Shown here in pieces: positions 36,156-46,682 of a stretch of 60,124 nt of DNA (the first letter of the stretch is position 1; every line of letters begins with the position of its first letter). The translations under genes and the position numbers were made by a program. The notes beneath the pieces are model-generated. The model worked only from the letters and a program-made list of their open reading frames with translations, made no database searches and was not told the DNA's origin. The DNA comes from a virus (lineage: Duplodnaviria; Caudoviricetes), in the IMG/VR virus record IMGVR_UViG_3300029448_000032, positions 1 through 60,124 of that record, one strand, 5' to 3'.

Positions 36156-37263
36156 TAATACAGAAGCAAGAGTGGACTCTACCCAAATGGATGAATCCCA
36201 AGCTAATGTAGATCAAACCGCAGATCAGTTGCTGGCTGACATTGTTCGTAATTCGGATTTTGTTCCGAACGACGAAAAATCTCTACCCGAAGAGCAAGTG
36301 CCTGAGTTAGATCCGGCTGAAACAGAGGAAGTTGAGACCCAAGAATCTGAAGAAGCTGTTAGTGAAGAAGTTGAAGAAGAAGTCCAATCTGAAAGTGAAG
36401 AGACTACAGGTGAGGATGCCGCTGAAGAAGCCGCTACCCAAAATTCTGAAGTTTATTCTCAAGAAGAACTAGACTTAGATGCTAAGGTTGCCGTCAAAAT
36501 TGATGGTACAGAAACCGAAGTATCTTTTAGTGATCTTATTAAAGGTTACTCTACTGAACAATCTCTTTCTAAAAAGGGTCGTGAACTTGGAGATGCTAGG
36601 AAGCAGCTTGAAGACGAGTATCAAAATAAGTTTAAAGAGCTAGGACAAATGTCTGAAGCTAGTTTAGCTGTACTTTATTCAAGTGAAAAGAACTTAGCTA
36701 ATCAATATCATGAAGTTGAAAAATCAATTACCGAAGCACGTAAAGAGAATGACTCTTTTAAAATGAGTGAGTTAAAAGATCAGCGTGAACAAGTACAAAA
36801 GCAGTATTGGCAAGCAAGAAGAGGTCGTGAACAACTCACAGAAAACCTACAACAGCAAGCTAATGAACAGAATCAAAAAGTATGGAACGAACAAATCCAA
36901 AACTTTAATGAAACCATTTCTACACTTATACCTGACTATGGTCAAGAAAGGGCTTCTCTTATTAGAGACTTTGCTTTATCAGAAGGAATAAATGAAGAAC
37001 TATTAGGTACCATAACTGATCCTGTAATTGTAAAATTTGTAGACGATTATCGAATACTTAAGCAAGGAGTAAAGCAAGGTGCTGTAAAGCGCAAAGCTGC
37101 TCCAGCTAAAAGAGCTCCAGTACGTAAAGCTAAATCTGTAAATAAACAAAAACAGGATGCTAAAACTGTACTACGATCTAAAGTGCTAAGTGGTAAAGGT
37201 GATTCAGGTGATGAAAAAGATTTTTTAAGGTCTATGGCTGAAAGATCTCTGAGTAATATTTAA
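36148..37263 (+). CDS. Capsid scaffolding protein
   Basis: Acidic N-terminus, VKIDG...VS..DLIKGY, coiled coil; directly upstream of the MCP. Confidence 0.85.
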   Translation: MDSNTEARVDSTQMDESQANVDQTADQLLADIVRNSDFVPNDEKSLPEEQVPELDPAETEEVETQESEEAVSEEVEEEVQSESEETTGEDAAEEAATQNSEVYSQEELDLDAKVAVKIDGTETEVSFSDLIKGYSTEQSLSKKGRELGDARKQLEDEYQNKFKELGQMSEASLAVLYSSEKNLANQYHEVEKSITEARKENDSFKMSELKDQREQVQKQYWQARRGREQLTENLQQQANEQNQKVWNEQIQNFNETISTLIPDYGQERASLIRDFALSEGINEELLGTITDPVIVKFVDDYRILKQGVKQGAVKRKAAPAKRAPVRKAKSVNKQKQDAKTVLRSKVLSGKGDSGDEKDFLRSMAERSLSNI

Positions 37264-37293
37264 TATTAACTCAAGCCTTGGGAGGTAATACTT

Positions 37294-38472
37294 ATGGCTA
37301 ATAATCTTGGTGTACGCGGAACAGGAGGACCAGCAGGTCCTGCGCGTGCTACAAACAAGGATGTCTCGGAAAGAGAGGACCTTGCTAACTTTATATCGAT
37401 GATTACAAGGGACGAAACTCCTTTTACATCTTCGATCGGGAAAACTAAAGCGACTGCTATTTATCATGAATGGCAAACAGACGCATTAGAGGCTCCTGGA
37501 AATTCACGTATCGGTGAAGGTACTGACTGGATTGCTCCTACTGATGATGGTAGTGGTGGTACAGGCGCAACACCTGCTACTGGTGCTAAATTTGCTATTA
37601 CTGGTCCTCACAGAACCAGACTAGGTAACTACACACAGATCAATGGTAAAACTATTGCTGTGTCAGGAACTAGACGAGCTGTTGATCAGGCTGGTGTAGC
37701 TGACGAATATGCGTATCAACTTAAAAAGCGTGGTACTGAACTTCGACGTGACGTTGAATTTGATATGATTCATGCTCACAACGTTTCTAACGCTGTTGGT
37801 TCTCAGAACGCTAACTCACGTTCAGCTGGCGGATATTCATCATTCGTTAACAGTGCAGCTACATGTAACTATGTAGGTCAATGGGAAGCTCCATCTGCTG
37901 CTACTACAGGCGCAGGTACTGATAATGAAGGTACTGCTATTCCTAGAGCTAGCATCAATGCTGGCACTACTGCTCCAACAAGAGGCTCTCTTGCTTTAAC
38001 AGATATTGATGCTGTTATGCAAAAGATCTATGAGGAAGGTGGTAAAGCTTCTAAAGTTATGCTTTCACCTAAGTTGCGCAGAGACTTCTCTGACCTAATG
38101 GTTAGTGATACAGGCGTAAGACGTAATATGGATGCTGACGGAAAACTTCGTCAATCTGTTGACGTATATATGTCTGACTTTGGCGACATTATGGTTGTGC
38201 CTAATTATATCATGGGACTAACTAATAACCATGCTGCTATCTTAGGTGATGGTCACGCATCTACTAAATTTACTGGTAATGGAATTCCAGATATGGCTGA
38301 CTATGCAGCATATATCTATGATCCAATGTGGTTCTCAACTGCATATCTACGATCTCTACAAGAGGTGGATGTAGGCCAGCAAGGTGACTCAACCAAAGGA
38401 ATGATGGTTGAAGAGTGCACACTCGAAGTACGTAATCCAAAAGGTTGCGGTGCTATTTACGGTCTTAACTAA
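37294..38472 (+). CDS. Major capsid protein (SU10/DUF5309 type)
   Basis: REDL...I...ETPF, HEWQTDAL, NYTQI, AYQ..K...ELRRDVE, Y.SDFG. Confidence 0.9.
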   Translation: MANNLGVRGTGGPAGPARATNKDVSEREDLANFISMITRDETPFTSSIGKTKATAIYHEWQTDALEAPGNSRIGEGTDWIAPTDDGSGGTGATPATGAKFAITGPHRTRLGNYTQINGKTIAVSGTRRAVDQAGVADEYAYQLKKRGTELRRDVEFDMIHAHNVSNAVGSQNANSRSAGGYSSFVNSAATCNYVGQWEAPSAATTGAGTDNEGTAIPRASINAGTTAPTRGSLALTDIDAVMQKIYEEGGKASKVMLSPKLRRDFSDLMVSDTGVRRNMDADGKLRQSVDVYMSDFGDIMVVPNYIMGLTNNHAAILGDGHASTKFTGNGIPDMADYAAYIYDPMWFSTAYLRSLQEVDVGQQGDSTKGMMVEECTLEVRNPKGCGAIYGLN

Positions 38473-38481
38473 GACATTTTT

Positions 38482-38514
38482 AAGGGAGGGTCTAACGATC
38501 CTCCCTTATTTTTT
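38482..38514 (+). terminator. Terminator after the MCP gene
   Basis: aagggagggtc-taac-gatcctccctt then a T-run. Confidence 0.8.
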
Positions 38515-38532
38515 AACTTAACGGAGGGAAAA

Positions 38533-38778
38533 ATGTACGTTATTAAAGCAGCAAATGGAAATATATATCCAGTAGAAAGGTGTGTATACAGAATAGGTGC
38601 AGCAACAAGTGGTGGTTATAAATTAACTCATCTATCACTTATGACTGTTACTGAATCAGCAGGTGCTGAACCAAATCCTGGATTAACTGATAATCCAGCA
38701 GCAGCAACAGCTGGAGATTTACTAGGTTATATTGGTAAGACTGGTAGATTCATTGCCATTACAGAACCTGCAACTTAG
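38533..38778 (+). CDS. Hypothetical structural protein
   Basis: ORF with RBS. Confidence 0.6.
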   Translation: MYVIKAANGNIYPVERCVYRIGAATSGGYKLTHLSLMTVTESAGAEPNPGLTDNPAAATAGDLLGYIGKTGRFIAITEPAT

Positions 38779-38786
38779 GAGTAATT

Positions 38787-39131
38787 ATGGCTAAACAAAT
38801 GGAATTTAATTTTTCAAGTGCAACAGTTGCGCCTAAGGAATCTATAAAAGCAGGCTTTGATTTAGAATCAGGACAATGGCAAGCTACTCAAAATATTCAA
38901 CAATACAAAGATCATGCAAAAGAGGAAAGAGACAAGCAGAGTTATTTTGGAAGAACAAAATATAAAGGATATCGTAAGATGGCTACTATACCAGATATAG
39001 TTGCTATAAAAATAAAAGAAGATCATCATATAGATCTTCATGATCCTTTGTTTTCTCAAGATTCTAACAATATGAAAAAGTTAAAAGTTATATTAAAGCT
39101 TGAATATCCTGATCTATTGATTAACACATAG
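38787..39131 (+). CDS. Hypothetical protein
   Basis: RKMATIPDIV pattern. Confidence 0.65.
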   Translation: MAKQMEFNFSSATVAPKESIKAGFDLESGQWQATQNIQQYKDHAKEERDKQSYFGRTKYKGYRKMATIPDIVAIKIKEDHHIDLHDPLFSQDSNNMKKLKVILKLEYPDLLINT

Positions 39132-39140
39132 GAGAATATA

Positions 39141-40010
39141 ATGGCTTTAACATATACTCAGCTAACAGCATTAGTTCGTAGTTGGTCTAATAGAGATGAA
39201 GAAGTTGTAAGTGATGCTATAATTCAAGATGCTTTAAAATACGCAGCAGACAAAGCATATAGAACTTTAAGAGTACCTCCACTAGAAAATGTTGCAGTAT
39301 ATGAAAAAACACTATTGGATTCAGGAACTATTGGAGCTAGTGCCCATCATCAAAGCAGAACACAAATAAAAGTTCCTTTTGATTTGATAGAGATTATACA
39401 AGTAAAAGAACTAGATTCTTCAGGTTTACCAACTAGAGTATGGAACGAAAAAGTAGATGTAAGAACTTTCAATGATCCTGGCGCAGAAAAATATACTGGA
39501 AATAATTATTTTACAAGAGAGAAAAATGTATTAATTCTTTCTCCAGGCTTTGGAGAAAATACATTAGGTAATCCTGCTAATTCTATTGAACTACTATATT
39601 ATAGAAGATTACCAGCATTAAACGCAAAATATGCTGTGACTACCCTTAACTATTCTGCAGGATTTCTTACTACGTCAGGAGGAACAACTGCGTTATATTT
39701 TGTAAACGGTAACACAACAACCGCTTACGCTACATCTACAGAAGCAACTGCTGCTGCAGATGGTGCAGGAACAAATACAGCTAACTATATAGGAACAGAC
39801 GTCCCTAACTGGTTACGAGATGAAAATGAGAGGATACTATTATACGGAGCGTTAGCCCAAGTGTTTGCCTTTGTCCAAGATGATGAACAAGCTCTAAAAT
39901 ACGAAAAAATGTTTGTAGATGAGATTGCACAGTTGAACGATGAAGATGCTAAACGCAACGCATCAGGCGGTAATATACAAATCAATTTTAACGGGAGAGG
40001 ATTGATATGA
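39141..40010 (+). CDS. Head-tail adaptor (SU10-like)
   Basis: TYTQL...WSNR, RTLRVP, YYRRLPAL, NWL...LLYGAL. Confidence 0.75.
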   Translation: MALTYTQLTALVRSWSNRDEEVVSDAIIQDALKYAADKAYRTLRVPPLENVAVYEKTLLDSGTIGASAHHQSRTQIKVPFDLIEIIQVKELDSSGLPTRVWNEKVDVRTFNDPGAEKYTGNNYFTREKNVLILSPGFGENTLGNPANSIELLYYRRLPALNAKYAVTTLNYSAGFLTTSGGTTALYFVNGNTTTAYATSTEATAAADGAGTNTANYIGTDVPNWLRDENERILLYGALAQVFAFVQDDEQALKYEKMFVDEIAQLNDEDAKRNASGGNIQINFNGRGLI

Positions 40011-41263
40011 CAACAGCAGCTAGACCCGGCCAATTTACTGGTGCTACAGATAATGCGGCTAATGGTGGATTATTTACAGACACGAAAATTGACGGGATTC
40101 CAGATTTAGTAGCAGCAGACGTTTTAAGTGCACAAACTTCTGCAACGACCGCTACAACTCAAGCAGCTACAGCTACTACACAAGCAACTACAGCGACAAC
40201 GAAAGCTACAGAAGCAGCGGCTTCAGCAACTGCAGCAGCTAGTTCCGCAACTGCAGCAGCTTCAAGCGCAACAAGCGCAGCGTCTAGTGCTACAACAGCT
40301 AGTAACTCTGTATCTTCTGTTAATACAAACGCTACAAATGCCGCTGCAAGTGAAACAGCCGCGGCAACTAGTGCAACAAACGCGGCAGCTTCAGCTTCAA
40401 CAGCTTCTACGCAGGCCACAAGCGCTACAACACAGGCAAACTCTGCCTTATCTAGTGCTTCTGCAGCGAGCACAAGTGCTACTAACGCAGCTAGTTCTGC
40501 CACAACTGCAAGTGGTCATGCTACAACTGCAAGCGGTCATAAAGACACAGCAACAACAAAGGCTAGTGAAGCAAGTACGAGTGCAACAAACGCAAGCAAT
40601 TCTGCTTCAACTGCTACAACAAAGGCTAGTGAAGCCGCTACAAGCGCAACAAATGCAAGTAACTCAGCGACTACTGCTACAACACAAGCTAGTACAGCAA
40701 CAACAAAGGCTAGTGAAGCCGCTACAAGCGCTACAACCGCTCAAAACTACGCATTAAAAGTGGATGGAGCTGTAGAAAGTTCTAATCATTCTGCTAAAGC
40801 TTGGGCTATTGGAGGAACAGGAGTTACTGATACTGCTGGTTCAGGATCAGCAAAGTCTTGGGCAGTAGAAGCAGACGCAGTAGATGGAACAGAGCATTCA
40901 GCAAAGTCTTATGCTATATCAGGTACAGCAATAGCCGCAGGATCAGCTAAGCAATGGGCTATAGGTGGTGGATCTGGATTTAGTACTAATACAGCTGTAG
41001 CTGGAGGAGTTTATTCAGCTAAGTATTATGCAGAACAAGCGGCAGCTTCAGCTGATTCTTTTGATGACGTATACTTAGGAGCTAAAAGTTCAGCGCCTTC
41101 ACAAGATAACGATGGTGATGCTTTGACAACTGGCGACTTGTATTATAATACTAGTGATAATGATCTATATGTTTATAATGGTTCAGCATGGGAAGTTGCA
41201 GCAACAAGTGTAGCAAGTCTTCCAACAGCAGGATTTACTATCGCAATGGGAATAGCCTTATAA
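40007..41263 (+). CDS. Tail fibre with Ala/Thr/Ser coiled-coil repeats
   Basis: ATTKASEAATSA repeats, SAK.WA repeats, FDDVYLGAKSSAP..DNDGDAL. Confidence 0.8.
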   Translation: MTTAARPGQFTGATDNAANGGLFTDTKIDGIPDLVAADVLSAQTSATTATTQAATATTQATTATTKATEAAASATAAASSATAAASSATSAASSATTASNSVSSVNTNATNAAASETAAATSATNAAASASTASTQATSATTQANSALSSASAASTSATNAASSATTASGHATTASGHKDTATTKASEASTSATNASNSASTATTKASEAATSATNASNSATTATTQASTATTKASEAATSATTAQNYALKVDGAVESSNHSAKAWAIGGTGVTDTAGSGSAKSWAVEADAVDGTEHSAKSYAISGTAIAAGSAKQWAIGGGSGFSTNTAVAGGVYSAKYYAEQAAASADSFDDVYLGAKSSAPSQDNDGDALTTGDLYYNTSDNDLYVYNGSAWEVAATSVASLPTAGFTIAMGIAL

Positions 41264-41275
41264 TGGGAGAAAGTA

Positions 41276-41647
41276 ATGGCACAAAATTTTAGAAGATATG
41301 CTCTTAGAAGCATTGGAACAACGGCAGCTGATGCTCCGGATGGAACGGATTTCAATTCGTATGATACAATCATAGGGATACATTTAGCAAACAGAACGAC
41401 TAACATGGTTAAAGCTACAGTATTTATTACAGATTATAATGATGACTCTGATGATGATCCAACTAATAATGCAGCAAATACTTATTACTTAATTAAAGAT
41501 GCTCCTATAGCCGCAGGAGGCGCATTACAACTAATGGATGGTGGAGCTAAAGTAGTTGTTCAAGATGGCGACAGACTTTGGATTCAAGCAGATACTGCTA
41601 ATAGTGTAGATGCTTGGGTTTCTGTAGTTGATGCAATCTCTACTTAA
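41276..41647 (+). CDS. Tail-associated structural protein
   Basis: MAQNFRR...YLIKDAPI..GG.L....KVVVQ.GD. Confidence 0.65.
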   Translation: MAQNFRRYALRSIGTTAADAPDGTDFNSYDTIIGIHLANRTTNMVKATVFITDYNDDSDDDPTNNAANTYYLIKDAPIAAGGALQLMDGGAKVVVQDGDRLWIQADTANSVDAWVSVVDAIST

Positions 41648-41657
41648 GGAGTAAATA

Positions 41658-42917
41658 ATGGGATACGTAGGTAATCAAACAAGTACTTCTTATACTTCAA
41701 TGGATAAACAAACCATTACAGGTTCTGGAGCTACGGCTTATACATTAAGTCATAGTGTAAGTTCAGAATCTGAGATAGAAGTATTTGTAAACAATATAAG
41801 ACAAGAAGGTGGATCAGGTAAAGCTTATACTGTATCTGGTACTACAATTACTTTTACAGAAGCTATAACGAGTTCTGATGAGTGCTACATTGTTTTTCAA
41901 GGGAAAGCTATACAGACTGTAGTGCCTCCTGATGGGAGTGTCGGAACTGCCAAGATATTAGACGATGCTGTGACAAGTGCCAAGCTGGACACGAATATCG
42001 CTATTGCTGGGGATTTGACTGTAGATACAAGCACCTTAAAGGTGGATAGTAGTGCAAATCAAGTAAGTGTAGGTCATACTGCTCCAACAGCCGTTTTAGA
42101 TGTAAGGCGAGGAGATGCAGATGGTAAGATAGCAGAGTTTCATACTAGCACAGGCTATGGTATTGAGTTAGGTTCAAGTCAAAACCACGCATACATAGAA
42201 GCTGGTTCAAGTCAGTCACTTCAACTGCATACTAATGGTGCAGAAAGGGCAAGAATTGACTCGTCTGGAACTTTGTTTGTTGGAAGAACTACTCAAATTA
42301 CCGCTAATGGTACAGGAGGTTTTCATACTTTTGAGCAAGGAGGAAATGCTCAATGGGTAGTAGCCGCTCACTGTAACCAATCTTCTAATTATGGGTATGT
42401 TGCTTATTATGCTACTGCACATGATGGTGCTAGTAATTCTTTTTTTATGGGAGTAGATACAGGTGCGGTAAGGTTTAGAGTTAATAGTGATGGAGATGTT
42501 GCAAATCACGATAATAGTTATGGTTCAACTTCTGATGAAAGAATTAAACAAGATATAAAAGATGCTAATTCTCAATGGGATGATATTAAAGCATTAAAAA
42601 TTCGTAATTACAAAAAGAAAGATGATGTTCGCCAATACAAGGATAAGGCTTGGGAGCAAATAGGTGTTGTTGCTCAAGAACTTGAAGCGGCAGGGATGGC
42701 AAAGTTAATAACAGAATCTTCCCCTGATGAACATGATATAAAATCATCAGCAGAGTTTGGAACATTAAATGAAGATGGCACTATTAAAGAAACTAAAGCT
42801 AAAGTTAAAAACGTAAAGTATTCTGTACTCTATATGAAAGCTATTAAGGCACTTCAAGAAGCAATGGCTAGGATTGAAACTCTTGAGACTAAAGTAAAAG
42901 CATTGGAGGGTAAATAA
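41658..42917 (+). CDS. Tail fibre with C-terminal peptidase S74 chaperone
   Basis: SDERIK, IGVVAQELE, KALQEAMARIE. Confidence 0.85.
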   Translation: MGYVGNQTSTSYTSMDKQTITGSGATAYTLSHSVSSESEIEVFVNNIRQEGGSGKAYTVSGTTITFTEAITSSDECYIVFQGKAIQTVVPPDGSVGTAKILDDAVTSAKLDTNIAIAGDLTVDTSTLKVDSSANQVSVGHTAPTAVLDVRRGDADGKIAEFHTSTGYGIELGSSQNHAYIEAGSSQSLQLHTNGAERARIDSSGTLFVGRTTQITANGTGGFHTFEQGGNAQWVVAAHCNQSSNYGYVAYYATAHDGASNSFFMGVDTGAVRFRVNSDGDVANHDNSYGSTSDERIKQDIKDANSQWDDIKALKIRNYKKKDDVRQYKDKAWEQIGVVAQELEAAGMAKLITESSPDEHDIKSSAEFGTLNEDGTIKETKAKVKNVKYSVLYMKAIKALQEAMARIETLETKVKALEGK

Positions 42918-43949
42918 ATGCCATTATCAAGATTACTACCAGCGTCATTTGAGCAACCTAATCCAGTTAACTATGTAATAAATTCAGATATGGAGGTTAG
43001 CCAGAGGGGAACTTCATTTACAACTGCGAGTGGTTATGGAGCTTATACCTTAGATAGATGGATGTCTGGACACACTGTAACTGGTAAATTTTCTATCGCC
43101 CAAGTTGCAGATGCACCAACAGGATTTAAGCATAGTCTTAAAGCTACCTCTGCCTCTGCGTATTCAGCAGGAACTAATGAAGAATTTATTATTAGACAAA
43201 AGATTGAAGGACAAAATTGTATTTCTTTAGCTTTAGGTACTTCATCAGCAAAAACTGTTACCCTAAGTTTCTGGGTTAAATCATCTTTAACAGGAACTTT
43301 CTCAGGGGCATTTTTAAACTCTGCGGAAAACAGATGTTATGTTTTTACCTATGCTATTTCATCAGCGTCAACTTGGGAAAAGAAGGAAGTTACTGTTGCT
43401 TTAGATACGTCAGGTACATGGCTTACTACAAATGGAATTGGTCTTACTCTTTATTTTTCATTAGGTGCAGGGTCAGGGTTACAAGCAACAGCAGGGTCTT
43501 GGATAAGCACAAAGGATTTGACTACTAGCAGTTCGGTTAATTTAGTTGGAACTAATGCGGCTACTTGGCAGATAACAGGGGTCGTTCTTAATGAAGGTTC
43601 TAAAGCTGAAACCTTTAAAGAAAGCTACGCAGAGACACTAGACAAGTGTTTAAGGTATTATCAGAAACACCTTGGTTGGATAACCCAATTCAACAGAGGA
43701 TTAGATAATAATTATGATGCTCATGTAGTTAATAATGGTGTTAATGTTATTGGTTTTATGAGAGCTACCCCTACAGAAACTATTGCAAATGTGTATCGGT
43801 GGGACGCAGGCGACAGTAATTGGACTTCTGATTCTACAGCGTTTTCTGCGGCAATATCATCCAGTAGTCAAACTTTTGTAGAAGGTTATTATGGAAGACA
43901 AGACTGTAATGCTGTTAAGGCTGATTGGGAATTAATTGCAGAATTATAG
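42918..43949 (+). CDS. Tail fibre / carbohydrate-binding-like protein
   Basis: INSDM.VSQRG, DRW, TLSFWVKS, C.RYYQ. Confidence 0.75.
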   Translation: MPLSRLLPASFEQPNPVNYVINSDMEVSQRGTSFTTASGYGAYTLDRWMSGHTVTGKFSIAQVADAPTGFKHSLKATSASAYSAGTNEEFIIRQKIEGQNCISLALGTSSAKTVTLSFWVKSSLTGTFSGAFLNSAENRCYVFTYAISSASTWEKKEVTVALDTSGTWLTTNGIGLTLYFSLGAGSGLQATAGSWISTKDLTTSSSVNLVGTNAATWQITGVVLNEGSKAETFKESYAETLDKCLRYYQKHLGWITQFNRGLDNNYDAHVVNNGVNVIGFMRATPTETIANVYRWDAGDSNWTSDSTAFSAAISSSSQTFVEGYYGRQDCNAVKADWELIAEL

Positions 43950-43958
43950 GAGATTATT

Positions 43959-44132
43959 ATGAAGATTGAATCAGCAAAATACGCTATTGACCGAAAGATT
44001 GGTAGCCCAAATATTTTCGCAACGATAGATGGTGTTAAAATGACTGTACCACAAGATCCCGACAACATGCACTTCGCAGAAATACAAAAACAAGTTGCAG
44101 ACAAAAAGCTAACAATCAAGGAGGCTGACTAA
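43959..44132 (+). CDS. Small tail-fibre-associated protein
   Basis: Translated by hand: VPQDPDNMHFAEI...TIKEAD. Confidence 0.65.
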   Translation: MKIESAKYAIDRKIGSPNIFATIDGVKMTVPQDPDNMHFAEIQKQVADKKLTIKEAD

Positions 44133-44596
44133 TGCCCTATATCGGAAGTGAGCCATTAACAGGAGAATTTATTCTTCTGGATAGCATAAACACCTCTGCC
44201 ACAGCGACCTATGCTTTGACAAGAAGTGGCGCGGCATTTGCTCCAGCAAGCGCAAATCAGCTAATTGTGAGTCTTAATGGAATAACCCAGCAACCAGTAA
44301 ATGCGTTTACTGTTAGTGGAACAAATATCGTTTTTTCTGACTCGCTAAGTTCGTCTGATGTGATCGATTACATACTCTGCTTAGGAGAGGTAGGCAACTC
44401 TGTAACCCCTACTGATGGCTCAGTTAGTGGAGCAAAATTATCGTCTACCATTTACCGAGAAGGCATACGAATTAACTCTGGAACTATCACCAGCAATGTC
44501 ACGATTGCTTCTGGAGAACGAGGAATGGTTGCTGGGAATATCACTATAAATAGTGGGGTTACACTTACAATAAATGGGGAGCTTACAATTGTCTAA
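44132..44596 (+). CDS. Tail fibre adaptor-like protein
   Basis: PYIG.EP, VSLNG..Q.P, P.DGSV; similar to the N-terminus of 41658. Confidence 0.7.
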   Translation: MPYIGSEPLTGEFILLDSINTSATATYALTRSGAAFAPASANQLIVSLNGITQQPVNAFTVSGTNIVFSDSLSSSDVIDYILCLGEVGNSVTPTDGSVSGAKLSSTIYREGIRINSGTITSNVTIASGERGMVAGNITINSGVTLTINGELTIV

Positions 44597-45083
44597 ATTA
44601 TATGTAAATGAAATACATCCAAAAACAGAGGGTGGTGTTGTTGTAATACCAAATAGACCAGCCTTTTATGTTCATACTCCGGGGGGTAGTGCTGGAGGTG
44701 GTGGCGATGGTACGGCTAATGGATATTTAGCTTTTACCGTAACTAAACATAATATAGGAAGCCATTTTGATGGAACAAATTTTGTTTGTCCTGTAGCTGG
44801 ATTGTATAGTTTTACTTGGCACATTCTTTCTACTGGTGTCAATCCTCCCAACTGGCACTATGGGTTTATATCCCATGCTCCTTCTGGTGGTTCTTCCTCT
44901 GCTTACGCTTATTCACAAAGTTATCTTTACAATGAAGGCAATATACAAACAGGAACACATCACGGAGCTACTGTTACTATTCTTTGCGGTGCTGGAGATA
45001 CTACTTCTCTTTATCATTATGGAAATTACTGTGACGCACACCAATCAAATTATAGTTGGTTTAGTGGACATTTAATAGGATGA
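44574..45083 (+). CDS. C1q-like receptor-binding protein
   Basis: RPAF, F.CPVAGLY.F, FSGHLIG. Confidence 0.7.
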   Translation: MGSLQLSKLYVNEIHPKTEGGVVVIPNRPAFYVHTPGGSAGGGGDGTANGYLAFTVTKHNIGSHFDGTNFVCPVAGLYSFTWHILSTGVNPPNWHYGFISHAPSGGSSSAYAYSQSYLYNEGNIQTGTHHGATVTILCGAGDTTSLYHYGNYCDAHQSNYSWFSGHLIG

Positions 45084-45093
45084 GGAAACAGAT

Positions 45094-45660
45094 ATGTCAG
45101 GAATAATTCAAGCAACAAATCTTCAGGTTGATAATATAAAACATAGTGGTGGTACTACTGGGATGACTATTAACAGCAGTGGTGACATTATAGAAACTAA
45201 TTACGAGTTAGATAACTGGAGCCTTACAGCAAATTTTTTAACTAATAACGGTACAATTACAGGTTGGTCAAGTAATAATGGTTTAACAGGTTGGGCTAAA
45301 ATAGGCACTGGAATGACTGAAAGTTCTGGTGTATTTAGTTTTCCAAGAACAGGTCTTTACTCAGTAAGAGCACAGGCATCATTTATTTTAACGACTGATG
45401 ATACAGGTTGTAAGTTTCAAACTTATGTTACATTAAATAATAGTTCTTACAGTCAAGTTGCTGAAGCTACGTCAGGTATAACTGATAGTACAAGTACAGT
45501 TCAAGGAGCATACTCTGAAATTTTTGTAAATGTTACTGACACTTCTAATGTAAAAGTAAAATTTGTTTTAGCTTCAGCCGGAACAGATAATGGAATGTAT
45601 GGTAGTAATAGTTTTCAACGTACTGGAGTATTTTTTGAACGTAAGGGAGTATCACAATGA
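45094..45660 (+). CDS. Short tail-fibre-like protein
   Basis: LQVDNIKH..GTT.MTINSSG; GMTESSGVFSFP.TGLY. Confidence 0.7.
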   Translation: MSGIIQATNLQVDNIKHSGGTTGMTINSSGDIIETNYELDNWSLTANFLTNNGTITGWSSNNGLTGWAKIGTGMTESSGVFSFPRTGLYSVRAQASFILTTDDTGCKFQTYVTLNNSSYSQVAEATSGITDSTSTVQGAYSEIFVNVTDTSNVKVKFVLASAGTDNGMYGSNSFQRTGVFFERKGVSQ

Positions 45661-46181
45661 CAAGTACTTTAAAAGTAGACAATATAGCCCACACTGGCGG
45701 TACAACGGCTATGACTATCAATAGCAGTGGGTTAGTGTTACCTAAATCTTTAATACTTCAAGCTATTGCCACCAACACAGACCAATCTATTTCTGCGAAC
45801 ACTGCCACAGTTATTGAATGGGAAACTGTTGTGGTAGATACTGGTAGTTATTGGGATAGTACTAATCACAGATATACTCCAAGCGTTGCAGGGTATTACT
45901 TATGTTCTGGAACAATAAGGTCATCAGGAAATGCTGTATCTAAAAAACAAATAACTTGGCGTAAAAATGGGTCATCTGGTTCAGGAATTGAAGCTCGTTA
46001 TCAATTAACTGATGACTATTTGACAAGCAATAATCTTCCTGCACCAACTACACTAATTCAACTTAATGGTAGTGGGGATTATATAGACATTACATTTAAT
46101 TCTGAGGAGTCAATGACAGTATCTAGTTCTGATGAACCATCTCACTCAGAGATTAACATTATATTGGTACACGCAACATAG
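45657..46181 (+). CDS. C1q-like short tail-fibre protein
   Basis: LKVDNIAH..GTT.MTINSSG; RYTPSVAGYY, LNGSGDY. Confidence 0.7.
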   Translation: MTSTLKVDNIAHTGGTTAMTINSSGLVLPKSLILQAIATNTDQSISANTATVIEWETVVVDTGSYWDSTNHRYTPSVAGYYLCSGTIRSSGNAVSKKQITWRKNGSSGSGIEARYQLTDDYLTSNNLPAPTTLIQLNGSGDYIDITFNSEESMTVSSSDEPSHSEINIILVHAT

Positions 46182-46190
46182 GAGGCACAC

Positions 46191-46682
46191 ATGGCACTAA
46201 CAAAGATTAATTACACTGGGCAAGGTGTTGTTCCTCATGCAAAGATGCCAACTGGTTCTACGTTGCAAACAGTTACTGCTGCTCAAGGTTCTGACAATAC
46301 TAATTCTACTAGTAACTGGACTGATACAGGTCTATTAGCTTCAATTACTCCTACGTCATCAAGCAGTAAAGTACTTGTACTTGTTACACATATTGCACAA
46401 GTGTCAAGAACAGTATCCGATAACTGGCTAGGTGGTATTAAATTGCTTAGAGGGAGTACAGTGATTGGTTGTGGCGATTCTTACACTATAGGTCAAACCC
46501 ATTCAAGTCACGACTTCGCAGGTAGCAATGGTGCGACTTACTGGTGGTGGAGTTCACACGAGTTAGACAGTCCAAGTACTACAAGCAGTACTACATATAA
46601 AACACAAAGTAGGGCAGATAGTTCTGGTAGTGTAATAACACTTTCTGAAAGCCGTATAACTTTAATGGAAATAGCCGCATGA
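46191..46682 (+). CDS. Short tail-fibre-like protein
   Basis: G..LQTV, ITPTSSSSKVLV, LDSPSTTS..TYK, ITLMEIAA. Confidence 0.7.
   Translation: MALTKINYTGQGVVPHAKMPTGSTLQTVTAAQGSDNTNSTSNWTDTGLLASITPTSSSSKVLVLVTHIAQVSRTVSDNWLGGIKLLRGSTVIGCGDSYTIGQTHSSHDFAGSNGATYWWWSSHELDSPSTTSSTTYKTQSRADSSGSVITLSESRITLMEIAA

Noticed and set aside
40128-40757. Gln/Leu-rich and antisense Ala/Val-rich ORFs
   Set aside because: Shadow frames of the Ala/Thr/Ser repeat tail fibre
41658-46682. Diversity-generating retroelement or invertase-driven fibre switching
   Set aside because: No reverse transcriptase, recombinase or near-identical template/variable repeat pair seen
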